Numbered from the stretch's first letter, positions 9,993 to 19,426 are shown. The stretch is DNA of 64,000 nt from Candidatus Acidiferrales bacterium (GCA_035625495.1 DASPPK010000053.1:5285-69284), one strand, 5' to 3'. A program made the numbers and translations. The notes: a model not told the origin generated them from the sequence alone.

Positions 9993-11072
9993 ATGGCTCA
10001 AGAGTCAAGATTCAGGGATCCAGAACTTGCGAAACAAGTTTCAGGAAAGATAAGTGAAATCGCGCGAAAAAAAGGCGTAGTCAAAATCTGCCACGTTTGC
10101 GGTACACATGAGTGGACGATTACTCACTACGGGCTGCGGAGTCTCCTACCCAAAAACGTGGAAGTCATAGCTGGTCCAGGCTGTCCAGTTTGCATCGTTC
10201 CAGCTTCAGAGATAGACGAAGCAGTCCAGCTGGCCTTGAAAGGAATAATCATCACATGTTTCGGCGACCTTCTCCGTGTTCCAGGCTCAAACATGTCGCT
10301 TCTGGATGCCAAAGCGAAAGGTGCAGACGTCCGAGTAGTTTACGGCGTCGGCGACGCAGTGCAGATGGCTAAAAACGAGCCCGACAAGGAGTTTGTTTTT
10401 TTTGCTGTAGGTTTTGAAACCACGTCTCCATCCACAGCGGTCGAGATAGCTGGAAAACCCGTGAAAAACATCAGCTTCTTGGTTTCTCACCGCACAATCC
10501 CAGCGGCCATGAAATTACTGGTCGAAATGAAGGACCTAAGTCTGAACGGTTTCATCGCGCCAGGCCATGTCAGCACAATAATCGGACTGAAACCTTACGA
10601 GATCTTCCCAGAAGACTATGCTATGCCTGTTGTAGTTGCTGGGTTCGAACCCTTAGACCTCATGTTTGGAGTGTACATGGTACTAAAGCAGTTGGACGAA
10701 GGCAAGGCGAAACTGGAAAATGAGTACCTACGGGCCGTAAACAGGGAAGGAAACGCAAGAGCGCAGGAAGTCATGCACAAGGTTTTCTCCACAGTGGACG
10801 GCGCATGGCGGGGACTCGGTACAATTCCCCTTTCTAAGTACACCCTCAAAAAACAATATTCGATGTATGACGCGCACTTGAAGCATGGCGTGCGCGTGGA
10901 GAAGGGCGTCGACGTGCAGCATGGCTGCAGATGCCATCTCGTCGTAATCGGAAAGATAAAGCCGACTGAATGTCCACTTTTCATGAAGGCTTGCACTCCT
11001 CAAAGACCCGTGGGCGCCTGCATGGTTAGCGTCGAGGGAACGTGCAGGATATGGGCGAAAACAGAATACTGA
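9993..11072 (+). CDS. hypD: hydrogenase maturation protein HypD
   Basis: Motifs CHVCGTHEW, GPGCPVCIVP, GFETTSPS and C-terminal CRCH...CPLF...CTPQRPVGACMVSVEGTC. ATG 9993 was chosen over the extended ORF start at 9852. Confidence 0.9.
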   Translation: MAQESRFRDPELAKQVSGKISEIARKKGVVKICHVCGTHEWTITHYGLRSLLPKNVEVIAGPGCPVCIVPASEIDEAVQLALKGIIITCFGDLLRVPGSNMSLLDAKAKGADVRVVYGVGDAVQMAKNEPDKEFVFFAVGFETTSPSTAVEIAGKPVKNISFLVSHRTIPAAMKLLVEMKDLSLNGFIAPGHVSTIIGLKPYEIFPEDYAMPVVVAGFEPLDLMFGVYMVLKQLDEGKAKLENEYLRAVNREGNARAQEVMHKVFSTVDGAWRGLGTIPLSKYTLKKQYSMYDAHLKHGVRVEKGVDVQHGCRCHLVVIGKIKPTECPLFMKACTPQRPVGACMVSVEGTCRIWAKTEY

Positions 11073-11183
11073 TCTCTCAGCCGTTCGTTGTCAAGGATTC
11101 TGTAAACTTATTTGTCATTGCTAAAACGGACCCATGCGGGCTTTGCACACGTTTTAAGACGCGACTTTTGTATACGTTTCACA

Positions 11184-12251
11184 CTAACATATTCTCGGAA
11201 CAGGGTCTCCCACAGGGCGGGGTATGATTCTCTTGCCTCCGACTGCTGTCTGCATTGCCACGCCCTTTATGTCGGCGACGGCACTGCCAATGATCTCAGC
11301 ATCTTTTCCTTCCTCAGTTTGCTTCAACAAATGCAGGATCTCCAAGGCTTTTTCCTTCACGGCACCAATGATCATCTTTCCCTCGTTCCCAACCTCGAGC
11401 GGGTCCAACCCTAACATTTCACAGGCAACTTTCACATCTTCTCTGATGGGAACTTTGTCTTCGCCAACAAGGATGCCAACATGCGACTTTTCGCTAAATT
11501 CGTTGAGCGCGTCGGCCAAACCTCCCCTGGTCGGGTCTTTCATCGCCACCACTCCACCCACGTCTTGGAGCATGCGTTGGACCAAGCGGTTCAATGGCTT
11601 AACATCAGACCTTATCCCGCTGCCAAAGCTTAAGCCTTCTTGAGCAGACAACACAGCCAAGCCATGGTCTCCAATCGTTCCTGACAAGATTATCTTATCG
11701 TTGGCAGCAAGGTTTCCATCAAGAACCCAGCGGGACTTGAAATTTTTTCTAAACTGTTTCACAACCTTCAGGTTCTCGTCCAACGCCGCGGTCCTTCGAC
11801 CGATCCCTGAAGTGCTTATGACACAGCCCCCCAAGCTTCCCTTTTCAACAACCTTTGTGTCGCCTGTAACTATGCTTACTCCAGCCTCCTCGCACGCCTC
11901 GCGCATGCTGATCAAGATTCTTTCAAAATCACGTACAGCCAATCCTTCTTCCAAGATGAAACCACAAGCCAACGCAAATGGTTCACCGCCCAGCATAGCA
12001 ATGTCGTTGACTGTGCCGCATACTGACAAACGTCCAATGTCGCCTCCTGGAAAGAAGATTGGCTTCACAGCATGAGAATCAAGCTTGAAAACTAAACCGC
12101 CTACAACAGCAGCGTCGTCTAGGGCCTCAAGCGGTACCTCAGCGCCCCTTGCACCACCAAAGTACTTCACAACGTAATTTTTGATCAAATCGTGCATGAC
12201 CGTTCCACCGGCACCGTGCAACATAGTGATGTACTCATTATTGTCGGACAA
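11184..12251 (-). CDS. hypE: hydrogenase maturation carbamoyl dehydratase HypE
   Basis: 355 aa with a PurM-like fold (DDAAV, GGEP) and the diagnostic C-terminal PRIC. Confidence 0.9.
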   Translation of the reverse strand: MSDNNEYITMLHGAGGTVMHDLIKNYVVKYFGGARGAEVPLEALDDAAVVGGLVFKLDSHAVKPIFFPGGDIGRLSVCGTVNDIAMLGGEPFALACGFILEEGLAVRDFERILISMREACEEAGVSIVTGDTKVVEKGSLGGCVISTSGIGRRTAALDENLKVVKQFRKNFKSRWVLDGNLAANDKIILSGTIGDHGLAVLSAQEGLSFGSGIRSDVKPLNRLVQRMLQDVGGVVAMKDPTRGGLADALNEFSEKSHVGILVGEDKVPIREDVKVACEMLGLDPLEVGNEGKMIIGAVKEKALEILHLLKQTEEGKDAEIIGSAVADIKGVAMQTAVGGKRIIPRPVGDPVPRIC

Positions 12252-12723
12252 GCTTCCACCTGCGTTAATTATGACTTAGGTAACCTTAAGAGCCAAACAT
12301 AAACGCATCGTAGGAGATGTCGTCAAATATGGCTTTTCGGAACTGGCTAAAAAAGGTAAGGCCAAATGAAAGCGACCTTTAATATGAAGATCATCAACAT
12401 CACGCCAAGAAAAGTACGATGCGGGGCTCTACAAGTGTACGGCTTGGATGCCCTTGAGAAAACACAAATCAAGACAAGAATATCCCAAAAAGCCTTTCTG
12501 AGGAGGCTGCGCGAAAGGCTACTGATCGTTGGTGGAGTAATTGTCTGCATCATAGAGTTTGGAACTGTTGAACCATGCTGCTAGCGCGCGCTCTTTTAGG
12601 CAAGAAGTTCGCATGTTCATCCGCTGTATATCCCCAGAAGTGGAAAGGAAAAAATCCTTGAGGCAAAACAAAAGGTCTGGCGGGCTTAATTTGATTTTGA
12701 ACCGTTTTTGTTAAAGGAAAGCC

Positions 12724-12731
12724 ATATAAAT
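12724..12731 (+). promoter_or_regulatory. TATA-box-like element upstream of rpl22
   Basis: ATATAAAT preceded by purine-rich AAAGGAAA, about 45 nt upstream of GTG 12774, which itself follows GGAGAG. Confidence 0.45.
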
Positions 12732-12773
12732 CACCATACCGCTGTTCAATTGCACAACTGGAGAGAATATGAA

Positions 12774-13262
12774 GTGCCAAAATGGGGATACTCGATAGCA
12801 GAAGAAGAGTTGGATCCCGAGAAGACGGTGAAAGCAAGCGCGCGAGAGATCAACGTATCCCATAAATCGGCCCGAGAAGTGTGTAGGACAATTAATGGAA
12901 TGATGCTGACTCAGGCCAAGCAGTACCTCAGAGATGTTATTGCCAAGAAGAAGCCCGTTCCCTACAGAAGGTACACGAAGAAACTGGGTCACCGCCACGG
13001 CTTGGAAAAAGCTTTTGCAGGCAGATACCCGGTGAAAACAGCTTCACAAATTCTCAAGTTAATTGAAGGGGCTGAGGCAAATGCCGAAAACAAAGGACTA
13101 GACACGGACAGGTTGCGCATCATTCACGCAGCTACAAGTCAAGGGATGAAAGTGAAGCGGTTTCAGCCAAGAGCCCAGGGAAGAATGACGCCAGACTTTG
13201 ACACTCCATCACACGTTGAAATAGCCCTTGAAGAGCAAGGGGAGAGGAGAGAAGAAGCCTAG
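12774..13262 (+). CDS. rpl22: 50S ribosomal protein uL22
   Basis: With the GTG start the N-terminus is MPKWGYS, typical of archaeal uL22. The gene lies directly upstream of rps3. The ORF-track start at 12708 lies upstream of the putative TATA box. Confidence 0.9.
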   Translation: MPKWGYSIAEEELDPEKTVKASAREINVSHKSAREVCRTINGMMLTQAKQYLRDVIAKKKPVPYRRYTKKLGHRHGLEKAFAGRYPVKTASQILKLIEGAEANAENKGLDTDRLRIIHAATSQGMKVKRFQPRAQGRMTPDFDTPSHVEIALEEQGERREEA

Positions 13263-14005
13263 TGTCCGTTGTCAAACACTTTATAACAGAGTCCATAAAG
13301 AAAACAGAAATCGATGAGTATCTGCAGAAGAAACTCGACAGAGCAGGATACGGCGGCGTAACAATATCGAAGACTCCGCTTGGAACTCACATAGTTATTT
13401 ACGCGATGCGTCCGGGCCTTGTCATAGGCAGAGGCGGAGAAACAATAAGAGAGCTTGCATCTTTCTTGGAAGAGAAGTTCAAAGTTTCAAACCCGCAGAT
13501 TTCTGTGTCTGAGATCGAGGTTCCCGAGTTGAATGCTTATGTTGTCGCTTCTCGCGTCGCCTCAGCCTTGCAGAGAGGCGTGCACTTTAGACGCGCTGGC
13601 TTTTGGTCTCTGAACCAAGTCATGGAAGCAGGAGCCCTTGGCGCAGAGATAATAATCAGCGGCAAACTAAGGACCGAAAGAGCGAGATTTGAAAAATTTC
13701 GAGCTGGCTATTTGGTGAAGTGCGGAGAACCGTCGCTGAAGTACATGCAGAGAGCAGAAGTCCATGTTCAACTGAAACCAGGGGTGTTTGGCGTGAGAGT
13801 TAGAATAATGCCTCCAGATGCAGTGTTTCCAGATAAGCTTCGCATAATTGAAAATCTTCCACCCGAAGAGGAAACGACAGAAAAAGAAGGTAAGCAAGAA
13901 GCCAAGATTGAAGAAGCGAAACCTGAGGAGGCGAAGACCGAAGAAGCAGGTGCCGAAGAAGCAGGTGCGAAAGAGGTAGGAGAAGAAGGGGAGGCAGTTG
14001 AATAA
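13262..14005 (+). CDS. rps3: 30S ribosomal protein uS3 with acidic/Lys-rich C-terminal tail
   Basis: KH-domain sequence (GLVIGRGGETIRELA) and conserved operon position. The last ~50 aa are low-complexity E/K/A. Confidence 0.92.
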   Translation: MSVVKHFITESIKKTEIDEYLQKKLDRAGYGGVTISKTPLGTHIVIYAMRPGLVIGRGGETIRELASFLEEKFKVSNPQISVSEIEVPELNAYVVASRVASALQRGVHFRRAGFWSLNQVMEAGALGAEIIISGKLRTERARFEKFRAGYLVKCGEPSLKYMQRAEVHVQLKPGVFGVRVRIMPPDAVFPDKLRIIENLPPEEETTEKEGKQEAKIEEAKPEEAKTEEAGAEEAGAKEVGEEGEAVE

Positions 14006-14244
14006 TGCCCTTGATCCGAGTCAAAGAAATACGGGACATGTCCTCAGAAGGCAGATCTAAAAGGCTTGGCGAGTTGAGGACAGAGCTTCTTAGATTGAGA
14101 ATTATGATCATGGCGGGTGGCACAATCGAAAACCCTGCCCGAGTGAAAGAATTGCGCAAAGCGATTGCCAAGATAATCACAATAGAACAAGAACAGAAAC
14201 TTGGGATACGAAAAACAGAGCCTGAGAGGAGGAAGAAGAAATGA
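14005..14244 (+). CDS. rpl29: 50S ribosomal protein uL29
   Basis: 79 aa. LRTELLRLR helix typical of uL29. Position is between uS3 and Rpp29. Confidence 0.9.
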   Translation: MPLIRVKEIRDMSSEGRSKRLGELRTELLRLRIMIMAGGTIENPARVKELRKAIAKIITIEQEQKLGIRKTEPERRKKK

Positions 14245-14522
14245 AGGTGGCGCCAGACATCATCCGACACGAGCTCATTGGAACTGAAGCCGAGGTTAGC
14301 AAGAGCAGCCATAACGGGTACATCGGAATATCTGGCAACGTAATTGACGAGACCAGGAACACTTTCACCATTGCGTGTCATGGAAAAAGAAAGGCTGTTC
14401 CAAAAGGCTCAAGCACTTTCAGATTTGAGTTTCCTGACGGCACGGTTGTTGAAATCGAAGGAAGAGTCCTTGTTGGAAGACCTGAGGATCGGTTGAAGAA
14501 ACGCGTTAGGAGACTATGGTGA
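14241..14522 (+). CDS. rnp1: RNase P protein component 1 (Rpp29/Pop4)
   Basis: 93 aa. HELIGTEAEV...GISGNVIDETRNTF...GRPEDRLKK matches the Rpp29 Sm-like core. It occupies the canonical archaeal slot between rpl29 and rps17. Confidence 0.88.
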   Translation: MKVAPDIIRHELIGTEAEVSKSSHNGYIGISGNVIDETRNTFTIACHGKRKAVPKGSSTFRFEFPDGTVVEIEGRVLVGRPEDRLKKRVRRLW

Positions 14523-14839
14523 TGTCGCTGAGTTTTAAGAAGCCCAAGAAGACTTGCGACGACATAAACTGTCCATTTCATGGGGAACTGCCAATAAGAG
14601 GCCACGTTCTGGAAGGAGTCGTGGTGAGCGCAAAAATGGACAAGACAGTTGTCGTGGAGCGCGATTACCTCTCATACGTGCCAAAGTTCAAAAGGTACGA
14701 AAGAAGACACAGTCGCATTTCATCGCACAAACCCCCGTGCATCGACGTAAAAGAAGGAGACCACGTGATCATAGCAGAAAGCCGCCCGATAAGCAAGACA
14801 GTTGGATTTGTGGTCGTTGAAAAAACGGAGGAGAAGTAA
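14516..14839 (+). CDS. rps17: 30S ribosomal protein uS17
   Basis: 107 aa. [10 protein letters not shown]...[17 protein letters not shown]-fold signature. Confidence 0.9.
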   Translation: MVMSLSFKKPKKTCDDINCPFHGELPIRGHVLEGVVVSAKMDKTVVVERDYLSYVPKFKRYERRHSRISSHKPPCIDVKEGDHVIIAESRPISKTVGFVVVEKTEEK

Positions 14840-14841
14840 GG

Positions 14842-15282
14842 ATGGCAGCAAAGGCAAAGCAAAGAGCGCTCGTCGCAAGAGGAATGCTCGGGCACGGGCC
14901 CAAGCTATCAAGAGGGCTTCAGCCCCCGGCAATGTTGAGATGCGCTGACAACACAGGGGCAAGAACGCTTCGGCTCGTTCAAGTCATGGGCTACAAGGGC
15001 AGGCTTAGGCGTTACCCATCCGCGACAGTGGGAGACAAGATAACCATCTCTGTGAGAAACGGGACTCCGGACATGAGGAAGAAGATCTTCCAAGCAGTGA
15101 TTGTGAGACAGAGGAAGCCATTTCGAAGGATTGACGGTGTCTGGGTTCAGTTTGAAGATAATGCGGCGGTCATAATAACTCCTGAAGGGGAAATGAAAGG
15201 TTCAGAGATTCGCGGTCCAGTAGCAAAAGAAGCTGCTGAAAGGTGGCCACGGATTGCCAGCGCCTCCAGCATAATAGCCTAG
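14842..15282 (+). CDS. rpl14: 50S ribosomal protein uL14
   Basis: 146 aa. [10 protein letters not shown] motif and conserved order. Confidence 0.92.
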   Translation: MAAKAKQRALVARGMLGHGPKLSRGLQPPAMLRCADNTGARTLRLVQVMGYKGRLRRYPSATVGDKITISVRNGTPDMRKKIFQAVIVRQRKPFRRIDGVWVQFEDNAAVIITPEGEMKGSEIRGPVAKEAAERWPRIASASSIIA

Positions 15283-15294
15283 GAGCGTAGAATC

Positions 15295-15981
15295 ATGCAG
15301 ACATCAAAACCATTGACAAAACCAACAAAGCAAAGAAAAATGCTATACAACGCGCCAGCTCACGTAAGGCATAGGCTTCTTGCGGCGCATCTTTCCAAGG
15401 CCCTCAGGGCTTCACACGAAGTGAGGAGCCTTCCAGTGAGGCGCGGAGATACAGTTCGCGTTATCAGGGGAGACCATCGAGGAGTGGAGGGAAAGATCAC
15501 TCGCGTTGACTTGCCAAAATATAGGGTCTACGTTGAAGGGTTGACACGCGAAAAAGTTGACGGAACAACAGTGTTCCTTCCAGTGCACCCGTCTAAAGTT
15601 ATAATCACAGGCCTGAACCTCGACGACAAGTGGCGAAAGAAGATAATAGAGAGAAAGAAGGAAAGACGAAAACGGCCAGAAGAGGCCGTGGAGGAGCCAG
15701 AGGCTAGACCTGTAGAAAAGCAGAAAGAAGTTGCTGAAGCGGTGGGAGCGGTAGCGGCGGTGGGAGAGGTGGGAGCGGTGGAAGAGAAGCCAGCTCCTGA
15801 GGAAAAACCTTCTAGGAAGAGAGTCACGAGGGCAAAGAGGAAAACAACTGCAAAGAAGGTCTCAAAAAAGGCGAAGCCCGAAACTGGAGTGACTGAAAAA
15901 GAAGAGAAGTCGAGACCAACGAGGAGAACTAGACGCAGCCCCAGCAGGAGCGCCAAGAAACCTGAAGAAGAGGGACAATGA
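15295..15981 (+). CDS. rpl24: 50S ribosomal protein uL24 with ~108-aa charged C-terminal extension
   Basis: KOW motif (RRGDTVRVIRGDHRGVEGKI) lies in the first ~120 aa. The remainder is K/R/E/A/P low complexity. Confidence 0.9.
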   Translation: MQTSKPLTKPTKQRKMLYNAPAHVRHRLLAAHLSKALRASHEVRSLPVRRGDTVRVIRGDHRGVEGKITRVDLPKYRVYVEGLTREKVDGTTVFLPVHPSKVIITGLNLDDKWRKKIIERKKERRKRPEEAVEEPEARPVEKQKEVAEAVGAVAAVGEVGAVEEKPAPEEKPSRKRVTRAKRKTTAKKVSKKAKPETGVTEKEEKSRPTRRTRRSPSRSAKKPEEEGQ

Positions 15982-16742
15982 GCATGGGCGGAAAAGAAAA
16001 GTCTTCAGGACTGAAACGCAAGCCAGCACCAAGATTCTGGCCGATTCACAGGAAAGAGTTTGTATGGGCCGTAAAGCCCGCGTCAGGGCCCCACTCACTC
16101 GAAGAATGCATGCCCTTGGCAATTGTTTTGCGTGACACCCTAGGATTCGCCGAAACGAGGAAAGAGGCGAAGACGATCGTCGCTCAGGGAAAGGTCTACG
16201 TAGACGGAAAAGTGAGGCGAAGAGACGATTTCCCCGTCGGCCTAATGGATGTCATCTCAGTACCTGAAATGGGCAAGAGCTTTTGCACACTGCCTTCTTT
16301 TAAAGGCCTTATCCTGAGCCCGATCAACGATGAAGAGGCGAAGTTCAAGCTTTTCCGGATAGAAGACAAAACTGTTGTTAAAAGAGGGCACGTGCAGCTT
16401 CACCTTCATGATGGCTCAAACCTTATTATCCAAGTCGCTGACCAGAAAGACCCGAAGGAAGATGTCTTCAGTACACTTGATACGCTGAAGTTGAGCCTTC
16501 CTGAGAAGCAGATACTTGAGCACACAAGAATGAAAGAAAAAGTGTATGCGATCATAACTGGTGGAAAAAACGTTGGGAAGTTCGGGAGAATAGTTGAGAT
16601 TGAAAAGGCAGAAGGAAAAAAGCGCAGGAGCGCGCTGGTGACGATCGAGAATGAGAAAGGGGCGCGCTACCAAACAACGCTGGATTTCGTCTTTGCGCTA
16701 GGGGAGGCAAGGCCTCTAGTCTCGTTGCCGGAGGCAAACTAA
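15978..16742 (+). CDS. rps4e: 30S ribosomal protein eS4
   Basis: 254 aa. LKRKPAPRFWPI N-terminus, then S4 and KOW regions. Archaeal/eukaryotic-specific protein. Confidence 0.92.
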   Translation: MSMGGKEKSSGLKRKPAPRFWPIHRKEFVWAVKPASGPHSLEECMPLAIVLRDTLGFAETRKEAKTIVAQGKVYVDGKVRRRDDFPVGLMDVISVPEMGKSFCTLPSFKGLILSPINDEEAKFKLFRIEDKTVVKRGHVQLHLHDGSNLIIQVADQKDPKEDVFSTLDTLKLSLPEKQILEHTRMKEKVYAIITGGKNVGKFGRIVEIEKAEGKKRRSALVTIENEKGARYQTTLDFVFALGEARPLVSLPEAN

Positions 16743-16743
16743 C

Positions 16744-17286
16744 TTGTCGGAAGACCAGGTTCGCAAGAAATGGGAAACGCATCCAATGCTCAAACCAAGG
16801 ATAGAAAAAGTCGTGGTCAACATCAGCGTTGGGAAGTCTGGCGAACCTCTGGAGAAAGCTGCAAGAGTTTTGAAAGAAATAACGGGTCAAACTCCATGCA
16901 ACAGAAGGGCGAAGGACACTGTGAGAGATTTTGGCATACGACAAGGAGAATCGATAGCTTGCATCACAACGCTGAGAAAAGAAAAAGCGATTGAATTCTT
17001 GAACAAGGCTCTGCCGGTCGTTGACAAGAAGATTTCCAGCAGGAGTTTTGACAGACAGGGCAACTTTTCCTTCGGCTTAAAAGAACACATCGAGTTGCCA
17101 GGAGTGAAGTACGACCCCGACGTTGGAATATTCGGTATGGACATCTGCGTGTCGGTCATTCGGCCAGGCTACCGGGTTAAGACAAGAAGGAAAGAAAGGA
17201 GCAAAATTGGCACCAGACACGTTCTGACACCTGAGGACTCCAAGGTGTTCGCCAAGGACGCCTTGGGTGTGGAAATCACTGAATAG
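16744..17286 (+). CDS. rpl5: 50S ribosomal protein uL5
   Basis: 180 aa. [13 protein letters not shown] and FGMDICV motifs. TTG start. Confidence 0.9.
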   Translation: MSEDQVRKKWETHPMLKPRIEKVVVNISVGKSGEPLEKAARVLKEITGQTPCNRRAKDTVRDFGIRQGESIACITTLRKEKAIEFLNKALPVVDKKISSRSFDRQGNFSFGLKEHIELPGVKYDPDVGIFGMDICVSVIRPGYRVKTRRKERSKIGTRHVLTPEDSKVFAKDALGVEITE

Positions 17287-17297
17287 GTGGACAGCAA

Positions 17298-17462
17298 ATG
17301 GGAAAACAGAAGCCTAAGAAGGAAAAAAAGTACGGCAAAGGTGCAAGGGCATGCAGCAGATGTGGGTCTTATGGTCCAATCATCCGACGTTACAATTTAT
17401 ATCTGTGCCGGCACTGTTTTAGGGAAGTAGCCAAAAAACTCGGCTTCAAAAAATACGAGTGA
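17298..17462 (+). CDS. rps14: 30S ribosomal protein uS14 (zinc type)
   Basis: Not in the ORF track (54 aa). Manual translation gives [54 protein letters not shown], with a CxxC...CxxC pair. It lies between rpl5 and rps8 as expected. Confidence 0.9.
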   Translation: MGKQKPKKEKKYGKGARACSRCGSYGPIIRRYNLYLCRHCFREVAKKLGFKKYE

Positions 17463-17861
17463 ATGAGGAAAGGCATGATGGACACCTTGGCAAACGGTTT
17501 GACAACAGTCATCAACAACGAAATGCGAAACAAGCACGAATGCATAATCAGCCCAGCCTCTAAGCTCTTAGGCCGAGTCCTGAGAATCATGCAACTCAAC
17601 GGTTACATCGGTGAATTCGAGTTCATAGACGATGGTCGTTCTGGAAAGTTCAAGGTTCAACTGCTTGGCAGAATAAACAGGTGTGGAGCCATCAGGCCAC
17701 GGTTTTCCCTCAAAGCAGACCAGTTTGAAGAATGGGAAAAGGAGTTTCTCCCATCGAGAGAAGTGGGCTTGCTCGTTGTCTCAACTCCTGCTGGCGTTCT
17801 GTCACACAAGGACGCGAAGGAAAAACGCACTGGAGGTAAACTGCTAGCCTTCGTTTGCTAA
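17463..17861 (+). CDS. rps8: 30S ribosomal protein uS8
   Basis: 132 aa. DTLANGLTTVINNE N-terminus and conserved order. Confidence 0.92.
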   Translation: MRKGMMDTLANGLTTVINNEMRNKHECIISPASKLLGRVLRIMQLNGYIGEFEFIDDGRSGKFKVQLLGRINRCGAIRPRFSLKADQFEEWEKEFLPSREVGLLVVSTPAGVLSHKDAKEKRTGGKLLAFVC

Positions 17862-17874
17862 GAGATGTTCATGA

Positions 17875-18423
17875 ATGCGAGCCCCAAAAAAGTCCGAAAC
17901 GATTCAAGTCCCAGAGGATGTCGAAGTAGGCCTTGAAGGAAGAAGAATCACGGTTAAAGGTTCGCTAGGAACACTGACACGTGACTTTTCTCACGAACCT
18001 GTTTCAATCGAACTTGACGGCAAAACGATTCGGGTGTCGGCTGAATGGCCTCGAAAAAGGGAAGCGGCACTCGTGGGCACAGTTTGTTCGCACGTTCAGA
18101 ACATGATCACTGGCGTCAAGAAGGGTTTTACGTACAAACTCAAAATCGTCTTCTCGCACTTCCCAGTATCGGCTAAGCTTAAGGAAAGGACAGTTCTTAT
18201 TGAAAACTTCACTGGCGAGCGAAACCCAAGAAAGGCCAAAATAATCGGCAACGTTGAAGTCAGCATTCAAGGAGAAGACATCATCGTTCGGGGCATAAAC
18301 TTGGAAGACGTCAGCCAGACGGCAGCAAACATTGAACAAGCTACGAAGGTGAAGAGAAAAGACCCGCGCATCTTCTTGGACGGGCTTTACGTTTATGAAC
18401 AAGCTGAGGGGATGGAAGGATGA
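17875..18423 (+). CDS. rpl6: 50S ribosomal protein uL6
   Basis: 182 aa with the two-repeat uL6 pattern (ITVKGSLGTL..., FSHFPVS). Confidence 0.92.
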   Translation: MRAPKKSETIQVPEDVEVGLEGRRITVKGSLGTLTRDFSHEPVSIELDGKTIRVSAEWPRKREAALVGTVCSHVQNMITGVKKGFTYKLKIVFSHFPVSAKLKERTVLIENFTGERNPRKAKIIGNVEVSIQGEDIIVRGINLEDVSQTAANIEQATKVKRKDPRIFLDGLYVYEQAEGMEG

Positions 18424-18974
18424 CGGAGCCAAAAGCGATCACACCTAAAAGAGTTTTGAAGCTGAGAGAGCGCGTTAAGAAGGGAAAGCCGAAGTTTGCG
18501 AGGCCTGAGAGCTGGCGATACGTGCGTTTGAAGGAAAACTGGCGCAACCCACGAGGCTTGGACAACAAGGTCAGAATGTACATCAAAGGTTGGCCTCCAC
18601 CAGTGAGTTCTGGATACGGAGGGCCGAGGGTTTCCAGGGGTCTTCACGCGTCAGGCTATGAGGAGATCTTGGTTTACAACGTTGAACAGGTTAGCAAAGT
18701 AACACCGGGCACTCAGGCTCTGCGCATCGCCCACGCAGTTGGCAAAAGAAAGCGGACCCAAATCCTTGCAGAAGCAAGAAAAAGGAAAATAGTTGTTCTC
18801 AACCTGAGGCAGGCTAGAGAAGCAGCTGGAGAGAAATCCGCGGGAGAGAAAGAAGAGGAAGGAGCAAAGGAAGCGCAGGAACAACCCAAAGAAGCGGAGG
18901 AAGCCCTTGCGACAGAGAAAGCGCAGCCAGAAAAAAAAGCTAACAGACATAAAGAGGTAGCGAATGACCAATGA
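18420..18974 (+). CDS. rpl32e: 50S ribosomal protein eL32 with charged C-terminal tail
   Basis: PKFARPESWRYVRLKENWRNPRGLDNKVR core. The last ~50 aa are E/K/A-rich. Confidence 0.9.
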   Translation: MTEPKAITPKRVLKLRERVKKGKPKFARPESWRYVRLKENWRNPRGLDNKVRMYIKGWPPPVSSGYGGPRVSRGLHASGYEEILVYNVEQVSKVTPGTQALRIAHAVGKRKRTQILAEARKRKIVVLNLRQAREAAGEKSAGEKEEEGAKEAQEQPKEAEEALATEKAQPEKKANRHKEVANDQ

Positions 18975-19426
18975 CAGGCCTCCGAAATCAGCGCCGCCTT
19001 GCAGCTCAAATAATGAAGGTTGGGCGAAACCGCGTCTGGATAGATCCTGAAAGAACGGTTGACGTGGAGGCCGCGATGACTCGTGACGAAATCAGAAGAC
19101 TCGTCCATGAAGGCACGATAAAATCAATGCCCGTAACGGGCGTGAGCCGTGCGAGAGCTCGAATCCTGCACGATAAGAAAAAGAAGGGAAGACGAAGAGG
19201 TCCTGGGAGCAGAACTGGCTCTGCGAAGGCGAGAGTCTCAAAGAAAGAGGCTTGGATGAGCAAGATTAGGGCTTTAAGAAAAAGGCTTCAAGAATTAAAG
19301 GCGAAAAAGGTCTTCCCTGAAAGTGCCTACCAAAAACTTTACAGAATGGCAGGCAGCGGCAGGTTTGAATCGGTTGCTGACCTGGAGCGCTACCTGAAGG
19401 CGCATGAACTCTGGAGGAAGCGCTAA
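18971..19426 (+). CDS. rpl19e: 50S ribosomal protein eL19
   Basis: 151 aa. LRNQRRLAAQIMKVGRNRVWIDP N-terminus. Confidence 0.92.
   Translation: MTGLRNQRRLAAQIMKVGRNRVWIDPERTVDVEAAMTRDEIRRLVHEGTIKSMPVTGVSRARARILHDKKKKGRRRGPGSRTGSAKARVSKKEAWMSKIRALRKRLQELKAKKVFPESAYQKLYRMAGSGRFESVADLERYLKAHELWRKR

Noticed and set aside
12366-12584. 72-aa ORF (MKATFNMKIINITPRKVRCG...) in the hypE-rpl22 intergenic region
   Set aside because: It has no SD or TATA at a suitable distance and no family resemblance, and shadow ORFs overlap it on the other strand. I could not support it as a gene. It is not excluded.
13800-14381. 193-aa minus-strand ORF (also 15528..15956 and 18651..19108 minus)
   Set aside because: These are antisense to rps3/rpl29, rpl24 and rpl32e/rpl19e. 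Their low-complexity Ser/Leu/Phe-rich translations mirror the E/K-rich tails on the coding strand.
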